Source of the DNA: Bacteriovoracia bacterium
GTDB taxonomy: Bacteria; Bdellovibrionota; UBA1018; CAIPTA01
Length of the DNA stretch: 64,000 nt
Reading direction: 5' to 3'
Assembly: GCA_050246755.1 (NCBI GenBank)
Contig: JBFWVL010000002.1
Location: forward strand, 160,001-224,000
Positions 1 through 9,514 of this stretch are shown piece after piece. The position numbers and the translations under genes were made by a program. Position 1 is the first letter of the stretch. Each line of letters opens with the position of its first letter. The notes under the pieces are model-generated. The model ran no database searches and had not been told where the DNA came from. It saw only the letters and a list, made by a program, of their open reading frames with translations.

Positions 1-1089
1 GAAGGCAAGATTGTGGACGGCGAGAAAGCCTTGCAGACGGAAAGCGCGGTCCTGGCTTCGCTCCTGGAAAAATGGAAGCTAGGCAGCGCGGAAGAAGCCC
101 AGGAAAAGCACGAAAAGTGGCTGATGGCTTCCGGAGCCCTGCGCGAGGCCGAAGGAATTTTCAAGTCTCTGCTGGAGAGAGATGATTTTTCTTCTCTCCA
201 GAAGCGGTTCGAGACGGATCAGGAAGCCAAACCCGGCCGGGACGCCGAATTGGTGGAAAAAGAGCTTCAGGAAGCGAATACCCAGTTCGCCGAGAAAAAG
301 AGCGCCCTCGCGGTGGCACAGCGCCTTTTGCAGGACCTTGCCAAGCGAAATTCGGTAGCGGATCCGGCCGCGCTGATGCGTTTGCTGGTGAAGAAAACCG
401 CCGACTCCGAGAGCTTGGCCGCCAAGCTGAAAGCCCTTCCTCCCTTACCCGCGGGCCTGGAGGAAGTAGACGCCTACGTGGCGAAATTCCGCCGCCTGCA
501 GGCCGAGCTGCCCACGCTTGCCGAAGAGGTGAGGGTAGTTTCCAACAGCGTAGCCGAACTTAAGGCCCGCATGAAACCGGATTCCGCGCAGGAATACGAT
601 CGGCTCCACCGCGAAGCGGAAGAGGTATTTTCCGCGCAGCTGAAAAAAGCGAAAGCCTTGCTTCGCGTGGGAGAAGTATTGCGGGAACTGGAGGCCCCCG
701 CGGGAGATATCTACCGGGATTTCCGCGCAGGGTTCGATCGTTTCGTGAATGAGCTCAGCGCGGGAAAATACGGCAAAGCAAAGATGCAAGCTTCTCTGCC
801 CTCCGAATTTTTGCGCCGCGATGGTGCCGAGATTCCCTTCGAATGGCTCTCGGCCGGAACCAAGGATGCATTTGCGCTGGCCCTCCGCCTTTCGATGGCC
901 AAATATTTCCTCGGCGCCGCGCGGGGATTTCTCCTGATCGACGATCCCATGGTGGCGATGGATCCGGTGCGCCAGAGAGCAGTGGCGGAGTTATTGCGGG
1001 GATTTGCCGACGGAGTTCAGCTGGTAGTATTCACCTGCCATCCGGCGCATGCGGAAATGCTTGGCGGAAATCTCATCCAGCTTGGTTAG
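1..1089 (+). CDS. SMC/SbcC-like (YhaN/AAA family) coiled-coil ATPase, 5'-truncated by the window
   Basis: Frame is open from base 1. Long coiled coil followed by an ABC signature-like motif (LSAGTKD), Walker B/D-loop (LLIDDPMVAMD) and H-loop (FTCH). Confidence 0.8.
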   Translation, partial: EGKIVDGEKALQTESAVLASLLEKWKLGSAEEAQEKHEKWLMASGALREAEGIFKSLLERDDFSSLQKRFETDQEAKPGRDAELVEKELQEANTQFAEKKSALAVAQRLLQDLAKRNSVADPAALMRLLVKKTADSESLAAKLKALPPLPAGLEEVDAYVAKFRRLQAELPTLAEEVRVVSNSVAELKARMKPDSAQEYDRLHREAEEVFSAQLKKAKALLRVGEVLRELEAPAGDIYRDFRAGFDRFVNELSAGKYGKAKMQASLPSEFLRRDGAEIPFEWLSAGTKDAFALALRLSMAKYFLGAARGFLLIDDPMVAMDPVRQRAVAELLRGFADGVQLVVFTCHPAHAEMLGGNLIQLG

Positions 1090-1855
1090 TGAATTTCACC
1101 CCCGGTTTCATTTTCCGGAAAGGGGAGAGTTGCTGGGCCACCAGTGTCTGCGGGAATTCTTCTCCCAGGCCAAACGGGCGTTCCACGCTATTTTTCACCG
1201 GCTGGTAGGTGCCCCATAGGCGATCGAAAATCGTAAACGTATTCCCAAAATTCGACTGCGCATACAGGTCCATATGGTGCAGGCGGTGCTCGTCGGGCAA
1301 GAAAATAATCCAGCGCAAGGCTCTCACCCACCAGTGGTCGGGGAATTTGAGGTCGGCGTGGGCAAAGGGGCCGCCCACGATGGCGCCCACTAAAGTGGCG
1401 ATCACGAAATAGGAAAGCTCCATCCTCAGCACTACGATGAAGAAATAGGTGGAGAGAAGGAATAGCGGCTGATAGGCGAGAAGGTCGAAAATATGACGCC
1501 GCGCCGAGGCCACGGCGTCGAGGTGCACGAGAGAGTGGTGCACCTTGTGGAATCTCCAGCTGAGATTGAAGTCGTGCATTTTTTTGTGCACGTAGAAGCG
1601 GATGAAATCCTGCACCACCATCACCAGTACCACCGCGAGCACGGGATTCATATCGCGCCGAGGCTCCCAGGGAAGCGCCTTTGTGGTGAATAGGTAGAGG
1701 ATGAGAAAATCTTTGGCGTAGTTGAGACCTTGGATCCAAAAGACGTAGCTCGTGTCTAACCACAGGTGCTCGCGCAGCGAAAAAGAAAACCGCAGCGGGG
1801 CGAAGCTCACTCGTTCAAGAATCACGATAAGAAGAAAAATGAGGATAAAGGTCAT
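1073..1855 (-). CDS. Sterol desaturase / fatty acid hydroxylase family membrane protein
   Basis: His boxes HKKMH, HKVHH and HRLHH, plus NFG..F.IFDRLWGT and hydrophobic segments. Start chosen at ATG 1855; the ORF could extend to 1894. Confidence 0.85.
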   Translation of the reverse strand: MTFILIFLLIVILERVSFAPLRFSFSLREHLWLDTSYVFWIQGLNYAKDFLILYLFTTKALPWEPRRDMNPVLAVVLVMVVQDFIRFYVHKKMHDFNLSWRFHKVHHSLVHLDAVASARRHIFDLLAYQPLFLLSTYFFIVVLRMELSYFVIATLVGAIVGGPFAHADLKFPDHWWVRALRWIIFLPDEHRLHHMDLYAQSNFGNTFTIFDRLWGTYQPVKNSVERPFGLGEEFPQTLVAQQLSPFRKMKPGVKFTNQAG

Positions 1856-1890
1856 TGACTCTCTTAATACTAAAGTGGAAACGCACGGTG

Positions 1891-2370
1891 TCAACTTGCC
1901 AGCTTTTTAAATTCCTTCTCCTTCATCCGGTATACCGTCCAGGCGCTCTGGGGCTTAGCGCCGATTCCACGGTAAAGCTTGATCGCGCGGGTATTCCAAT
2001 TGAGGACTGACCATTCGAGGCGGCCGCATTTTCTTTTTCTCGCGATTTTGGCCAGCTCGCGCAGGAGCCTAGAACCAATACCCAAGCTTCGTAGATCCGG
2101 GAGCACGAAAAGGTCTTCGAGATAAAGGCCGGGTTTGCCGAGGAAGGTGGAGTAGCTCGGAAAGAAGAGGGCGAAGCCGGCCGGTTTTTTATCGTAGAAG
2201 GCCACGAGCACTTCTGCGGTAGCGCCTTTGCCGAACAGGGTTTTTCGCAGCTGCGGGACCGTGGCCACCACTTCGTGGGAGAGTTTTTCGAATTTGGCCA
2301 ATTCCTGGATGAAGTGCAAAATGAGCGGGGCATCTGATTTTTTTGCGGGGCGGATAGTTAGTTTTTTCAT
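1891..2370 (-). CDS. GNAT N-acetyltransferase (diamine/spermidine acetyltransferase-like)
   Basis: YSTFLGKPGLYLEDLFV..RSLGIG and LEWSVLNWN..AI.LY motifs. Confidence 0.9.
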   Translation of the reverse strand: MKKLTIRPAKKSDAPLILHFIQELAKFEKLSHEVVATVPQLRKTLFGKGATAEVLVAFYDKKPAGFALFFPSYSTFLGKPGLYLEDLFVLPDLRSLGIGSRLLRELAKIARKRKCGRLEWSVLNWNTRAIKLYRGIGAKPQSAWTVYRMKEKEFKKLAS

Positions 2371-2430
2371 GTTTTTTCCTGCGACATATTCCGACAGTAG
2401 GTTCCAGCTTATCCGCGCTATCTTAAGGGA

Positions 2431-3333
2431 GTGAAGGCGAAATTTCCAAGGTATGAATGCGTGGTGGTAGGCGGCGGGCCGGGGGGCCTACTCTCCACGC
2501 TTTACTTACGCCGTTACAAGCGCCGCGTACTCCTGGTGCAAACGGGCGAGCCACGCGCGCTCTGGATTCCCCGTATCCGTAATCTGGTGGGATATACGGA
2601 AGGCTTGACCGGCCCCGAGCTATTACGGCGGCTCGAGCGCCAAGCCTTGCGCCTCCGGCCTGATTTTTTGGAAGGCGAAGCGAAGGTGGAGCGTTGTGGA
2701 AAGCGATTTCTGATAAAGGTGGGAGAGGCCATGTTCGAGGCGGATAAGGTGATTCTCGCTACCGGTATGGAAGACGTGCAGCCGCCTTTTCCGAACTTCG
2801 CCACGCTGCGGGCCAAGGCCTTGCTGGCCTATTGCCCAATTTGCGACGGCTTCGATCACTCCGAAAATAGGGTAGGACTCCTGGTGAAAGACAATAACGG
2901 CCTTGATAAGTTGCGCTTCATCGCAAAATTTTCTCCCGACCTGCATGTTCTCCCCACGGAAAAATTTCGGGTATCGGCAAAGCACCGCCGGCAAATGGAA
3001 AAGCTCGGCGTTCGCTTCTACGGCTATCCGATAAAAGCGGTGGATGCCTGCGGAAATAAGGAGCTGCGAGTGCGATTTCGGGGCCGAAAACCACTGCGCC
3101 TGAATTTGGCTTACGTGGAGCTGGGAGCCACCGTGCGCGACGCGGCCTTCCGCGATCTACGAAAGCTCCGCCGCACCAAAGAGGGATTCCTGATGGTGAG
3201 CCCGCACCAGGAAACTTCGGTGCCCGGCCTTTTCGCGGTGGGCGATTGCGTGAACGCGCTAGCTCAGGTTTCGGTGGCGGCCGGGCAGGCGGCGATCGCG
3301 GCCACGCGCGTGCACAACGATTTGCCCTTTTAA
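2431..3333 (+). CDS. Thioredoxin-reductase-like NAD(P)/FAD-dependent oxidoreductase
   Basis: GGGPGG FAD motif, ILATG, redox CPICDG and TSVPGLFAVGD. Confidence 0.85.
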   Translation: MKAKFPRYECVVVGGGPGGLLSTLYLRRYKRRVLLVQTGEPRALWIPRIRNLVGYTEGLTGPELLRRLERQALRLRPDFLEGEAKVERCGKRFLIKVGEAMFEADKVILATGMEDVQPPFPNFATLRAKALLAYCPICDGFDHSENRVGLLVKDNNGLDKLRFIAKFSPDLHVLPTEKFRVSAKHRRQMEKLGVRFYGYPIKAVDACGNKELRVRFRGRKPLRLNLAYVELGATVRDAAFRDLRKLRRTKEGFLMVSPHQETSVPGLFAVGDCVNALAQVSVAAGQAAIAATRVHNDLPF

Positions 3334-3334
3334 G

Positions 3335-4489
3335 TCAGGGAAATTTTTTAGCCATTGCTTCCGCCGCCACCCTTCCCATGGAAGCGCTGGCTTGAATCAG
3401 GAAACCGCCGGTGGGCGCGTCCCAGTCCACCATTTCCCCCGCGCAGAAAATCCCCGGCATTTTTTTTAGTTCGAGACCATCGAGCTCATCCCAGCTCAGG
3501 CCCCCACGCGCGGAAATGCACTCGGAGAGAGGCCGGGGCTCGAGCAGCTGAAGGGGTAAATGCTTCAGCGCGTGGGCCACTTTTTCCACGCTCGCGAAGG
3601 CATCCCGAGGGGCGAGAGCGCGGAAAATAGCCAGGGCACCGGGAGAGAGCTTGGCGGTTTTTTCCACTTTCGCTTCTATGCTTCCCGGAGTGGAGCGTAG
3701 GCGTTCCGTTAGCTTGCCCAATTCTACGTCGGGCTTAAGGTCCATCGTGGCGGGGCCGGGGCAGCCCACGGTATATACCGGAGTTCCCTCGAGGCCGTAG
3801 GTGGTGATCATGAGCTCGCCTTGCCGCGAGCCGCGGGCGGTGGTGAGGTTGAGGCCCTTGATGGGCTTGCCCTCGTGGGCAGTAAAAAATTCTGGCGAAG
3901 CCGCGAAAGCATACCCCGCGTTGGCGGAAGTAAAGGGCGTGAAAGCGATTTTCCGTTGCGTAAAAATCCCGGGCCAGAGGGGGGGAGCATCCTCCCAGCT
4001 CGGCCCGCCCAGCGCGAGCAGTGCGGCCGCCGCGCTGGCTTCCTTCCCAGACGCGAACCGCAGCGATACTTTTCCCTCTCGCGAAGCGAAGTCCACGAGT
4101 TCTTCGCCAAAATGAAAAGTAACCCCTGATTCTTCGAGCTTCGTTTTCCAAGTACCGAGCAGCCTTCCGGCAGTTTTATTTTCTAGAAAATAGCGGCGCC
4201 CGCTACCGAGAAACGTTTCCTCGCCGAGCGAACGGAGGAGCTTCAGCCAAGGTTCACGGCCGAATTTTTCGAAGCAGCCGTTCAGTTCATTCTTTCGCGC
4301 GAAGTAATGGGAGGAAAGCTCCGAATCGGGGCAGTCGTAGGCTACGTTGAGCCCCGAGGCTCCGGCTACCAGCAGCTTCCAGCCCGGCGCGGCCCGGCGT
4401 TCGGCGATATGCACGGATTTACCCGCCTTGCTCAGGTAATCCGCCGCCACTAAGGCCGCCGGCCCTGAGCCTATGATCCAATAGTCCAT
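3335..4489 (-). CDS. HI0933/BaiN-like flavoprotein
   Basis: GSGPAAL, PGWKLLVAGASGLN, LALGG.SW, GELMIT.YGLEG and FCAGEMVDWDAPTGGFLIQ. Confidence 0.85.
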   Translation of the reverse strand: MDYWIIGSGPAALVAADYLSKAGKSVHIAERRAAPGWKLLVAGASGLNVAYDCPDSELSSHYFARKNELNGCFEKFGREPWLKLLRSLGEETFLGSGRRYFLENKTAGRLLGTWKTKLEESGVTFHFGEELVDFASREGKVSLRFASGKEASAAAALLALGGPSWEDAPPLWPGIFTQRKIAFTPFTSANAGYAFAASPEFFTAHEGKPIKGLNLTTARGSRQGELMITTYGLEGTPVYTVGCPGPATMDLKPDVELGKLTERLRSTPGSIEAKVEKTAKLSPGALAIFRALAPRDAFASVEKVAHALKHLPLQLLEPRPLSECISARGGLSWDELDGLELKKMPGIFCAGEMVDWDAPTGGFLIQASASMGRVAAEAMAKKFP

Positions 4490-4574
4490 AGCCTTTTATA
4501 CTGAACAGAAGTGGTTCTGGCCACATGACTTTCGGCGTTAGGGGCGGTCATCGCCGCTATGGTAAACTAATGCG

Positions 4575-5633
4575 ATGAAAAACCATTCCATTCCGGCCCG
4601 GGGCCGGGGAGCCGTGAGCAATCCGACGGGACGTTTCGAGCAGGCGCAGGTGGCGCCCGAGCTTGATGAAACCTGGGAAGAAGAGATCCCAGGCCCGAAG
4701 ACCACTTTTTTTCGCGATCACAGTAAGAGCATCCTCACGCGCAATACCAGCCCGGATATTCCCTTTTCGGTAAGCATCAATCCCTACCGCGGCTGCGAGC
4801 ACGGCTGTATTTATTGCTATGCCCGGCCCACGCACGAGTACCTTGGGCTTTCGGCCGGCATCGATTTCGAGACGAAAATTTTCGTGAAAGAAAATGCGCC
4901 CGAGCTGCTGCGTAAAGAGCTGATGAAGCCCGGCTACGAAGTGGATTCGATCACCATCAGCGGGATCACGGATTGCTACCAGCCGGCCGAGCGGCGTTTT
5001 CAAGTTACGCGGCGCTGCCTTGAGGTGCTCGCCGAGTTTCGTAATCCCTTCGCGATCATTTCCAAAAACCATCTCGTCACCCGCGACATCGATATCATCG
5101 CCCCCATGGCTCAGCAGAACGCCGCGATGGTTTTCGTGACGATCACTTCCCTCGACGCCGATCTCTGCGCGTCCATGGAACCGCGCACCTCCCGGCCGGA
5201 GGCGCGGCTCAAGGCGATCCGGCAGCTTTCCGAAGCCGGGATTCCGGTGGGCGTGATGGTGGCGCCCGTGGTGCCCGGCCTTACGGACCACGAGATGCCC
5301 AAAATTCTCGAGGCGGCCGCCCAGGCGGGCGCGAAAATGGCGGGGTTCGTTCCGCTGCGCCTGCCGCACGGAGTGAAGGATTTATTTTCGGAATGGCTCG
5401 CTGCCCATTATCCGGACAGAAAAAATAAGGTACTCGCCCGCATAAAAGAAATCCGCGGCGGAAAATTAAACGACGCGAATTTCGGCAGCCGGATGGAAGG
5501 GGAGGGCGAATTTGCCGAAATGCTCAGGATGATGTTTCGCAATTACACGAAAAAATTCGGGCTGAACCAGCGGGAGTTCCACTTGAACCGCAGCCTCTTC
5601 CAGAAACCGGGAGAGCAAATGGGACTGTTCTAG
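4575..5633 (+). CDS. Radical SAM protein, PA0069 / SplB-like putative DNA-repair family
   Basis: SINPYRGCEHGCIYCYARPTHEY (CxxxCxxC), N-terminal GRGA..NP.GRFE and C-terminal QMGLF. Confidence 0.9.
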   Translation: MKNHSIPARGRGAVSNPTGRFEQAQVAPELDETWEEEIPGPKTTFFRDHSKSILTRNTSPDIPFSVSINPYRGCEHGCIYCYARPTHEYLGLSAGIDFETKIFVKENAPELLRKELMKPGYEVDSITISGITDCYQPAERRFQVTRRCLEVLAEFRNPFAIISKNHLVTRDIDIIAPMAQQNAAMVFVTITSLDADLCASMEPRTSRPEARLKAIRQLSEAGIPVGVMVAPVVPGLTDHEMPKILEAAAQAGAKMAGFVPLRLPHGVKDLFSEWLAAHYPDRKNKVLARIKEIRGGKLNDANFGSRMEGEGEFAEMLRMMFRNYTKKFGLNQREFHLNRSLFQKPGEQMGLF

Positions 5634-5671
5634 TCTTCTGGGGCGATCTGTCACTATCTTTTTTCGGCATA

Positions 5672-5696
5672 CCTTCCTAAACTAATTTTAGGGAGG
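5672..5696 (+). promoter_or_regulatory. Hairpin covering the Shine-Dalgarno site of the 59-aa ORF
   Basis: CCTTCCTAAA (5672-5681) pairs with TTTAGGGAGG (5687-5696): a 10-bp stem with one G:U pair and a 5-nt loop. Confidence 0.5.
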
Positions 5697-5703
5697 ATTT
5701 TGT

Positions 5704-5883
5704 ATGCCCCAATCGAACCCCAATATCCGAGAGCCTCATCCCGAGAACAAGGGCGAGCGTAATCCGGTACGCTCTCTTCCCTTAAAAAAGGGAGCGGTCA
5801 AAGATTTTAAAAAATCTTCGGCCACGCCGAAGAACAAAAATATTCATCAGAACACTACGGTAACGGACGGAGAAGATGGTTAG
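5704..5883 (+). CDS. Small hydrophilic protein (59 aa), absent from the ORF track
   Basis: AGGGAGG ends 7 nt before ATG 5704. Translation MPQSNPNIREPHPENKGERN...TVTDGEDG*; it fills the intergenic gap and its stop overlaps the convergent kinase stop. Confidence 0.6.
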   Translation: MPQSNPNIREPHPENKGERNPVRSLPLKKGAVKDFKKSSATPKNKNIHQNTTVTDGEDG

Positions 5884-7592
5884 GTAGGCGGAGCTTCGGG
5901 CGCGGCGCGCGGGGCGGTTTCTTGGAGGCCCAGGGCGGCATGGAGGGGAAGGAATACCGAGAAGGTAGATCCTTTGCCCGATTCGCTTTTGAGCTCGATG
6001 GTGCCGCCGTGGGCGGTCACGATCTGCTTGCTGATGTAGAGGCCCAGGCCTAGGCCGCCGATGCGATCGTCGGCGGAATTACGTTCGAATCGCTCGAACA
6101 CGCGGGACTGCTCCTCGGCCGGGATGCCTTGGCCGTAGTCCTTCACGGAAATAAAGAAACTTTCGTTCCGACGTCCGGCGTACACTTCAATCGGCCCACC
6201 TTCGCCATACTTGATGGCGTTGGACACGAGGTTGGTCACCACTTGGCCAAAACGAGTCACGTCGGCTTCTCCCGAGATCGGCCCATCGGCCTGGAGGCTC
6301 ATGCGCGAGCCGCTATTGGCGGCATCATTCCCGAGCTGGCTCACGATTTCGCTCACGAGGCCGGTGAGGTCGCAGCGTTCCTTTTTCAGCTCGAGCTTGC
6401 CGAGGCGGATACGCGTGAGGTCCATAAGCTCTTCCGAAAGAACGGCTAGGCGACGCGACTGCCGCACGCAGGCCTGGGCGAGGGATTTTATTTTTTCTTT
6501 TTCCTCGCAGTCGGCGGAATTGTTCGCGTGGCGGAGCAAGAGCTGAAGCTGCAGCGAGAGCGAAGTCAGCGGAGTTTTGATTTCGTGGGAGGCAATAGAC
6601 ATGAACTCGTCGCGGGTGCGTACGGCTTCCTGGGCTTCTTTGTAGAGTGCGGCATTCTCCTGCGCCAATCCCGCCAATTCCTGGGTTCTCTCCCGCACTC
6701 TTTGCTCGAGCTCCCCGTGGGAGCGTTTCAGCAATGCCCCCATTTGATTCACGGCGGTGGCGAGCTGGCCGATCTCATCGTTGGATTCCACGGGAATGGG
6801 ATGATGAAACTCTCCCTTACCGATGCTTCTAGCGGCGGCCGTTATCTGGGAAAGGCCGCGCGAGAGATAGCGCGTGGTGAAGAACGTGAGCGTGAGGCCG
6901 ATCGCCTCCACGGTGAGCACGGCCATCACGAGAATGGAGATCACCATGTATTCCAGCCAGCGCGATCCCACGCCAAGCACGTAGGAAAATTCCTCTTCCT
7001 TGGCCGTAAGCTGATCATTGAGCGTACGCATCTTCATTTGGGCTTCGCGTACTTTCGGGTGATTCGGCGAGCGCGTGCGCAGCTGCTTGTAGTAATCCAT
7101 GCCGGCGGTCTTGAATTGCTCCATCAGGTTATCGGCTTCTTCCCAGATCTGAATGGCTTTGCCGAGGTGGGGTTCCCAATGAAACCGGCGCAGCAGATCG
7201 ATGATGGGGTCAATATCGTCGGGATGAATATGGCCGGCCAGAAAACCGTTCCTCACTTCTTCGAGGTTCGGTTCTTTTTTCATCAGTTCGAGGCGCGCTT
7301 TGTGGTCTCCCTCGGGAACCCTTAGGTGAACGAGGAAGCTTTTATAGTCTTCCACGTTTTTCGTTACGGCGAAGCGCTGGAGGTGGAAGGCCGAATCTTT
7401 TTGTCCTTTTGACCATAAGCTCTCTCCGCCCACGAACGCGCGGACGGCCGAAAGGGTGCGCATGGCGAATTGGAGAACCAAGAGCTCACTGGCGATCAAA
7501 ACCGCCATCGTGCCGATCACGATATAAAAGCGCTTCGAGATCGACAGATCTTTCCAGAAGAGAAAGAGACTTCTTAATGGATTAAAGCTCAT
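5880..7592 (-). CDS. Membrane sensor histidine kinase (2 TM, HAMP, HisKA, HATPase)
   Basis: H-box ASHEIKTPL, N-box NLVSNAIKY, G1 DYGQGI, G2 GLGLGL and HAMP NDEIGQLA..VN.M. Confidence 0.92.
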   Translation of the reverse strand: MSFNPLRSLFLFWKDLSISKRFYIVIGTMAVLIASELLVLQFAMRTLSAVRAFVGGESLWSKGQKDSAFHLQRFAVTKNVEDYKSFLVHLRVPEGDHKARLELMKKEPNLEEVRNGFLAGHIHPDDIDPIIDLLRRFHWEPHLGKAIQIWEEADNLMEQFKTAGMDYYKQLRTRSPNHPKVREAQMKMRTLNDQLTAKEEEFSYVLGVGSRWLEYMVISILVMAVLTVEAIGLTLTFFTTRYLSRGLSQITAAARSIGKGEFHHPIPVESNDEIGQLATAVNQMGALLKRSHGELEQRVRERTQELAGLAQENAALYKEAQEAVRTRDEFMSIASHEIKTPLTSLSLQLQLLLRHANNSADCEEKEKIKSLAQACVRQSRRLAVLSEELMDLTRIRLGKLELKKERCDLTGLVSEIVSQLGNDAANSGSRMSLQADGPISGEADVTRFGQVVTNLVSNAIKYGEGGPIEVYAGRRNESFFISVKDYGQGIPAEEQSRVFERFERNSADDRIGGLGLGLYISKQIVTAHGGTIELKSESGKGSTFSVFLPLHAALGLQETAPRAAPEAPPT

Positions 7593-7676
7593 GGGTAGGC
7601 AAAGAAAATAACCGAATAAGCTCGGGAGTGGAACGGAAAAATCGACAAGAAAAATCTGAAAAAATGAGACTTTACT

Positions 7677-8324
7677 TTAGGATTTTCGGCCGAACTGCCG
7701 CTCTAGGTCCGCGCTGAAGTCCGACCAGAATTGGCTAGTGCGTTCCGCCTCCGGGGTGGCCGCTAATTTTACCCGCAGGTCTTGTCCTGCCTGGGCGGTA
7801 AGCACCGTGGAGCGGCGAGGGAAGGGACCGGAAAATGCGGAACGGAAAACCCTATTCCAGTCGAATTCCAGTCCCGGGTCCACCTTGCCGCGAAAACCAG
7901 CGATATGTTCGTGGCCGATGATGCGTTCCGGATCACCAAGTTGCGGAAAACGTTGGGCGAAGTGCCGGAGCAGTTGCCCAAGAGATTCGTACTGGGGGTC
8001 CGAATAGGGGAAGAGATTCCCGTTCAGGTTCACAATTTCCACGCCGATCGAGTTCGCATTCAAGCGTTCGAATCGCTTTCCCGCCAGTTCGTAGTGGCTA
8101 TCGCCGGCATGGGCCCCCTGAAAAATGGGGCCTTCCCAGAAATTTCCGTAGTCGTAGAGGTCTCCATTGGGGGCTAATACGAAATGGGCGCATACCTTAC
8201 TTTCCCGATTGGCGAAGATCGCTAGAGCTCTCTCCAAATCGCAGGCCGTATAGTGGAGCACCACGAATTCGGGTTCGATTTTATTCCCCGAAAAGTTCGG
8301 GCTGGAGGCGGGAAGGATGCGCAT
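7677..8324 (-). CDS. N-acetylmuramoyl-L-alanine amidase (Amidase_2, AmpD/AmiD-like)
   Basis: VVLHYT, AHFV, AHAG, N..SIGVEIVN and IIGHEHIA..RGKVDPG..FDW. Confidence 0.9.
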   Translation of the reverse strand: MRILPASSPNFSGNKIEPEFVVLHYTACDLERALAIFANRESKVCAHFVLAPNGDLYDYGNFWEGPIFQGAHAGDSHYELAGKRFERLNANSIGVEIVNLNGNLFPYSDPQYESLGQLLRHFAQRFPQLGDPERIIGHEHIAGFRGKVDPGLEFDWNRVFRSAFSGPFPRRSTVLTAQAGQDLRVKLAATPEAERTSQFWSDFSADLERQFGRKS

Positions 8325-8389
8325 GCCCTTATTTTAGGCGAGGAAATTGGATGAAGGGAAGGGGCTAAGTGGTGAAATTTAGAAGAAAT

Positions 8390-9193
8390 TCAACCGGCCA
8401 TCGGCGTGGACTGCGCTGCTCCGCGTTTTTCTTCCAGCCGCTTTTTTAGCTCCACCGCGTTCGCCCACGCATGGCCGAAAGTAGTGTTGTCGAATACACA
8501 CCAGGCGGGCGCGGCGCGGCCCTCAAGCATGATTTGGAGGCTTTGCAGAAAACCATGGCCGTACTTGCTGCGGTAGATTTCTGGGCTGCCGTGGAGGCGA
8601 AAGTAGCTGAGCCCAGATTCCCAGGCCTCGGGGGTGGAGACGGGGCAAGGCTCGGGATCGGCTCTCGCCTTCGTGACCATAAAGGCTTTCAGTAGTTTTT
8701 TTGCCTGTTCGCTGGTCCAGGTAAAGTGACGGGGCTCCAACACGAGCGGCCCCTCGTAATGTTTCCTTACTTTAGTGAAGAAGTGGCCGGCCGTAGGAGA
8801 ATCGAACGTCAGCGAAGGCGGGAGCTGAACGAGGATCACTCCGAGCTTAGAGCCTAGGCCCAATATTCCAGTGAGGGTCGCTTCGAGCTGTGCGGGATCG
8901 GCGGCTAGGCGCTGCTCATGGGTAAAACGCTGCAAGAGCTTCACGCTGAAAAGGAAGTGGTCCGGTACCGTATTGGCCCAGCGGTTATAGGTTTTTGGCA
9001 AATGATTGCGGTAGAATGAAGAATTGATCTCTACGCAATTGAGAGTGGAAGAGTAACGTTCCAAATGACTTCCTTCGACGGGGAAAAAAAGGGACTCCGT
9101 TTTGGGAATATTCCAGCCCGCCGTTCCAATCAGGGCTTTTTTCTCTTCGCTGGGCATTTTGCCACTATTTACCGGGTGGTTCTCTATTTGCAT
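8390..9193 (-). CDS. DUF72 (YecE-like) protein
   Basis: IGTAGW, VEINSSFY, LVQLPPSL, EPRH.TW, YFRLHG and VFDNT. Start uncertain (9157, 9193 or 9220). Confidence 0.88.
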   Translation of the reverse strand: MQIENHPVNSGKMPSEEKKALIGTAGWNIPKTESLFFPVEGSHLERYSSTLNCVEINSSFYRNHLPKTYNRWANTVPDHFLFSVKLLQRFTHEQRLAADPAQLEATLTGILGLGSKLGVILVQLPPSLTFDSPTAGHFFTKVRKHYEGPLVLEPRHFTWTSEQAKKLLKAFMVTKARADPEPCPVSTPEAWESGLSYFRLHGSPEIYRSKYGHGFLQSLQIMLEGRAAPAWCVFDNTTFGHAWANAVELKKRLEEKRGAAQSTPMAG

Positions 9194-9252
9194 CGTGTGC
9201 TCCATGAATCGTGTTTGCAATGTTCGTGCAAAAGCAACTAGGAGAGAAGACG

Positions 9253-9501
9253 ATGACGAAAAGAAAAAATAACCCAGATCACAATCCCACCAAGGATAAG
9301 GCGCCGGTGGAAGAACCAGGTAAAGAGCGGAGCGGGATGGTGCTAGCGGATGACTCCGACTTCGATCCCGATTTAGATGAGCTGGAAGACTATGAGATGG
9401 CGGATATGCAGTCGATTCGTGAGATCATCATGCTAGACCCTAATGATATTGAATTCCGCCAGCGTCACTCCGAGGTAAACGAACTCGACAACGCGGCCTA
9501 A
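9253..9501 (+). CDS. Small acidic hypothetical protein
   Basis: AGGAG before ATG 9253; 82 aa with a basic N-terminus and a D/E-rich body. Confidence 0.6.
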   Translation: MTKRKNNPDHNPTKDKAPVEEPGKERSGMVLADDSDFDPDLDELEDYEMADMQSIREIIMLDPNDIEFRQRHSEVNELDNAA

Positions 9502-9514
9502 GTTACGAGGTTTC

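Noticed and set aside
1-1089. SMC-like ATPase as part of an anti-phage or anti-plasmid defence system
   Set aside because: Only the C-terminus is visible and downstream genes are metabolic; an SbcCD/YhaN-type repair role is simpler. Upstream context is needed.
4557-7325. Long antisense ORFs 4557-5369 (-) and 6528-7325 (+), and similar ones opposite the ABC-F, PNP and pilT genes
   Set aside because: Shadow frames of well-supported genes in GC-rich DNA, with no recognisable domains.
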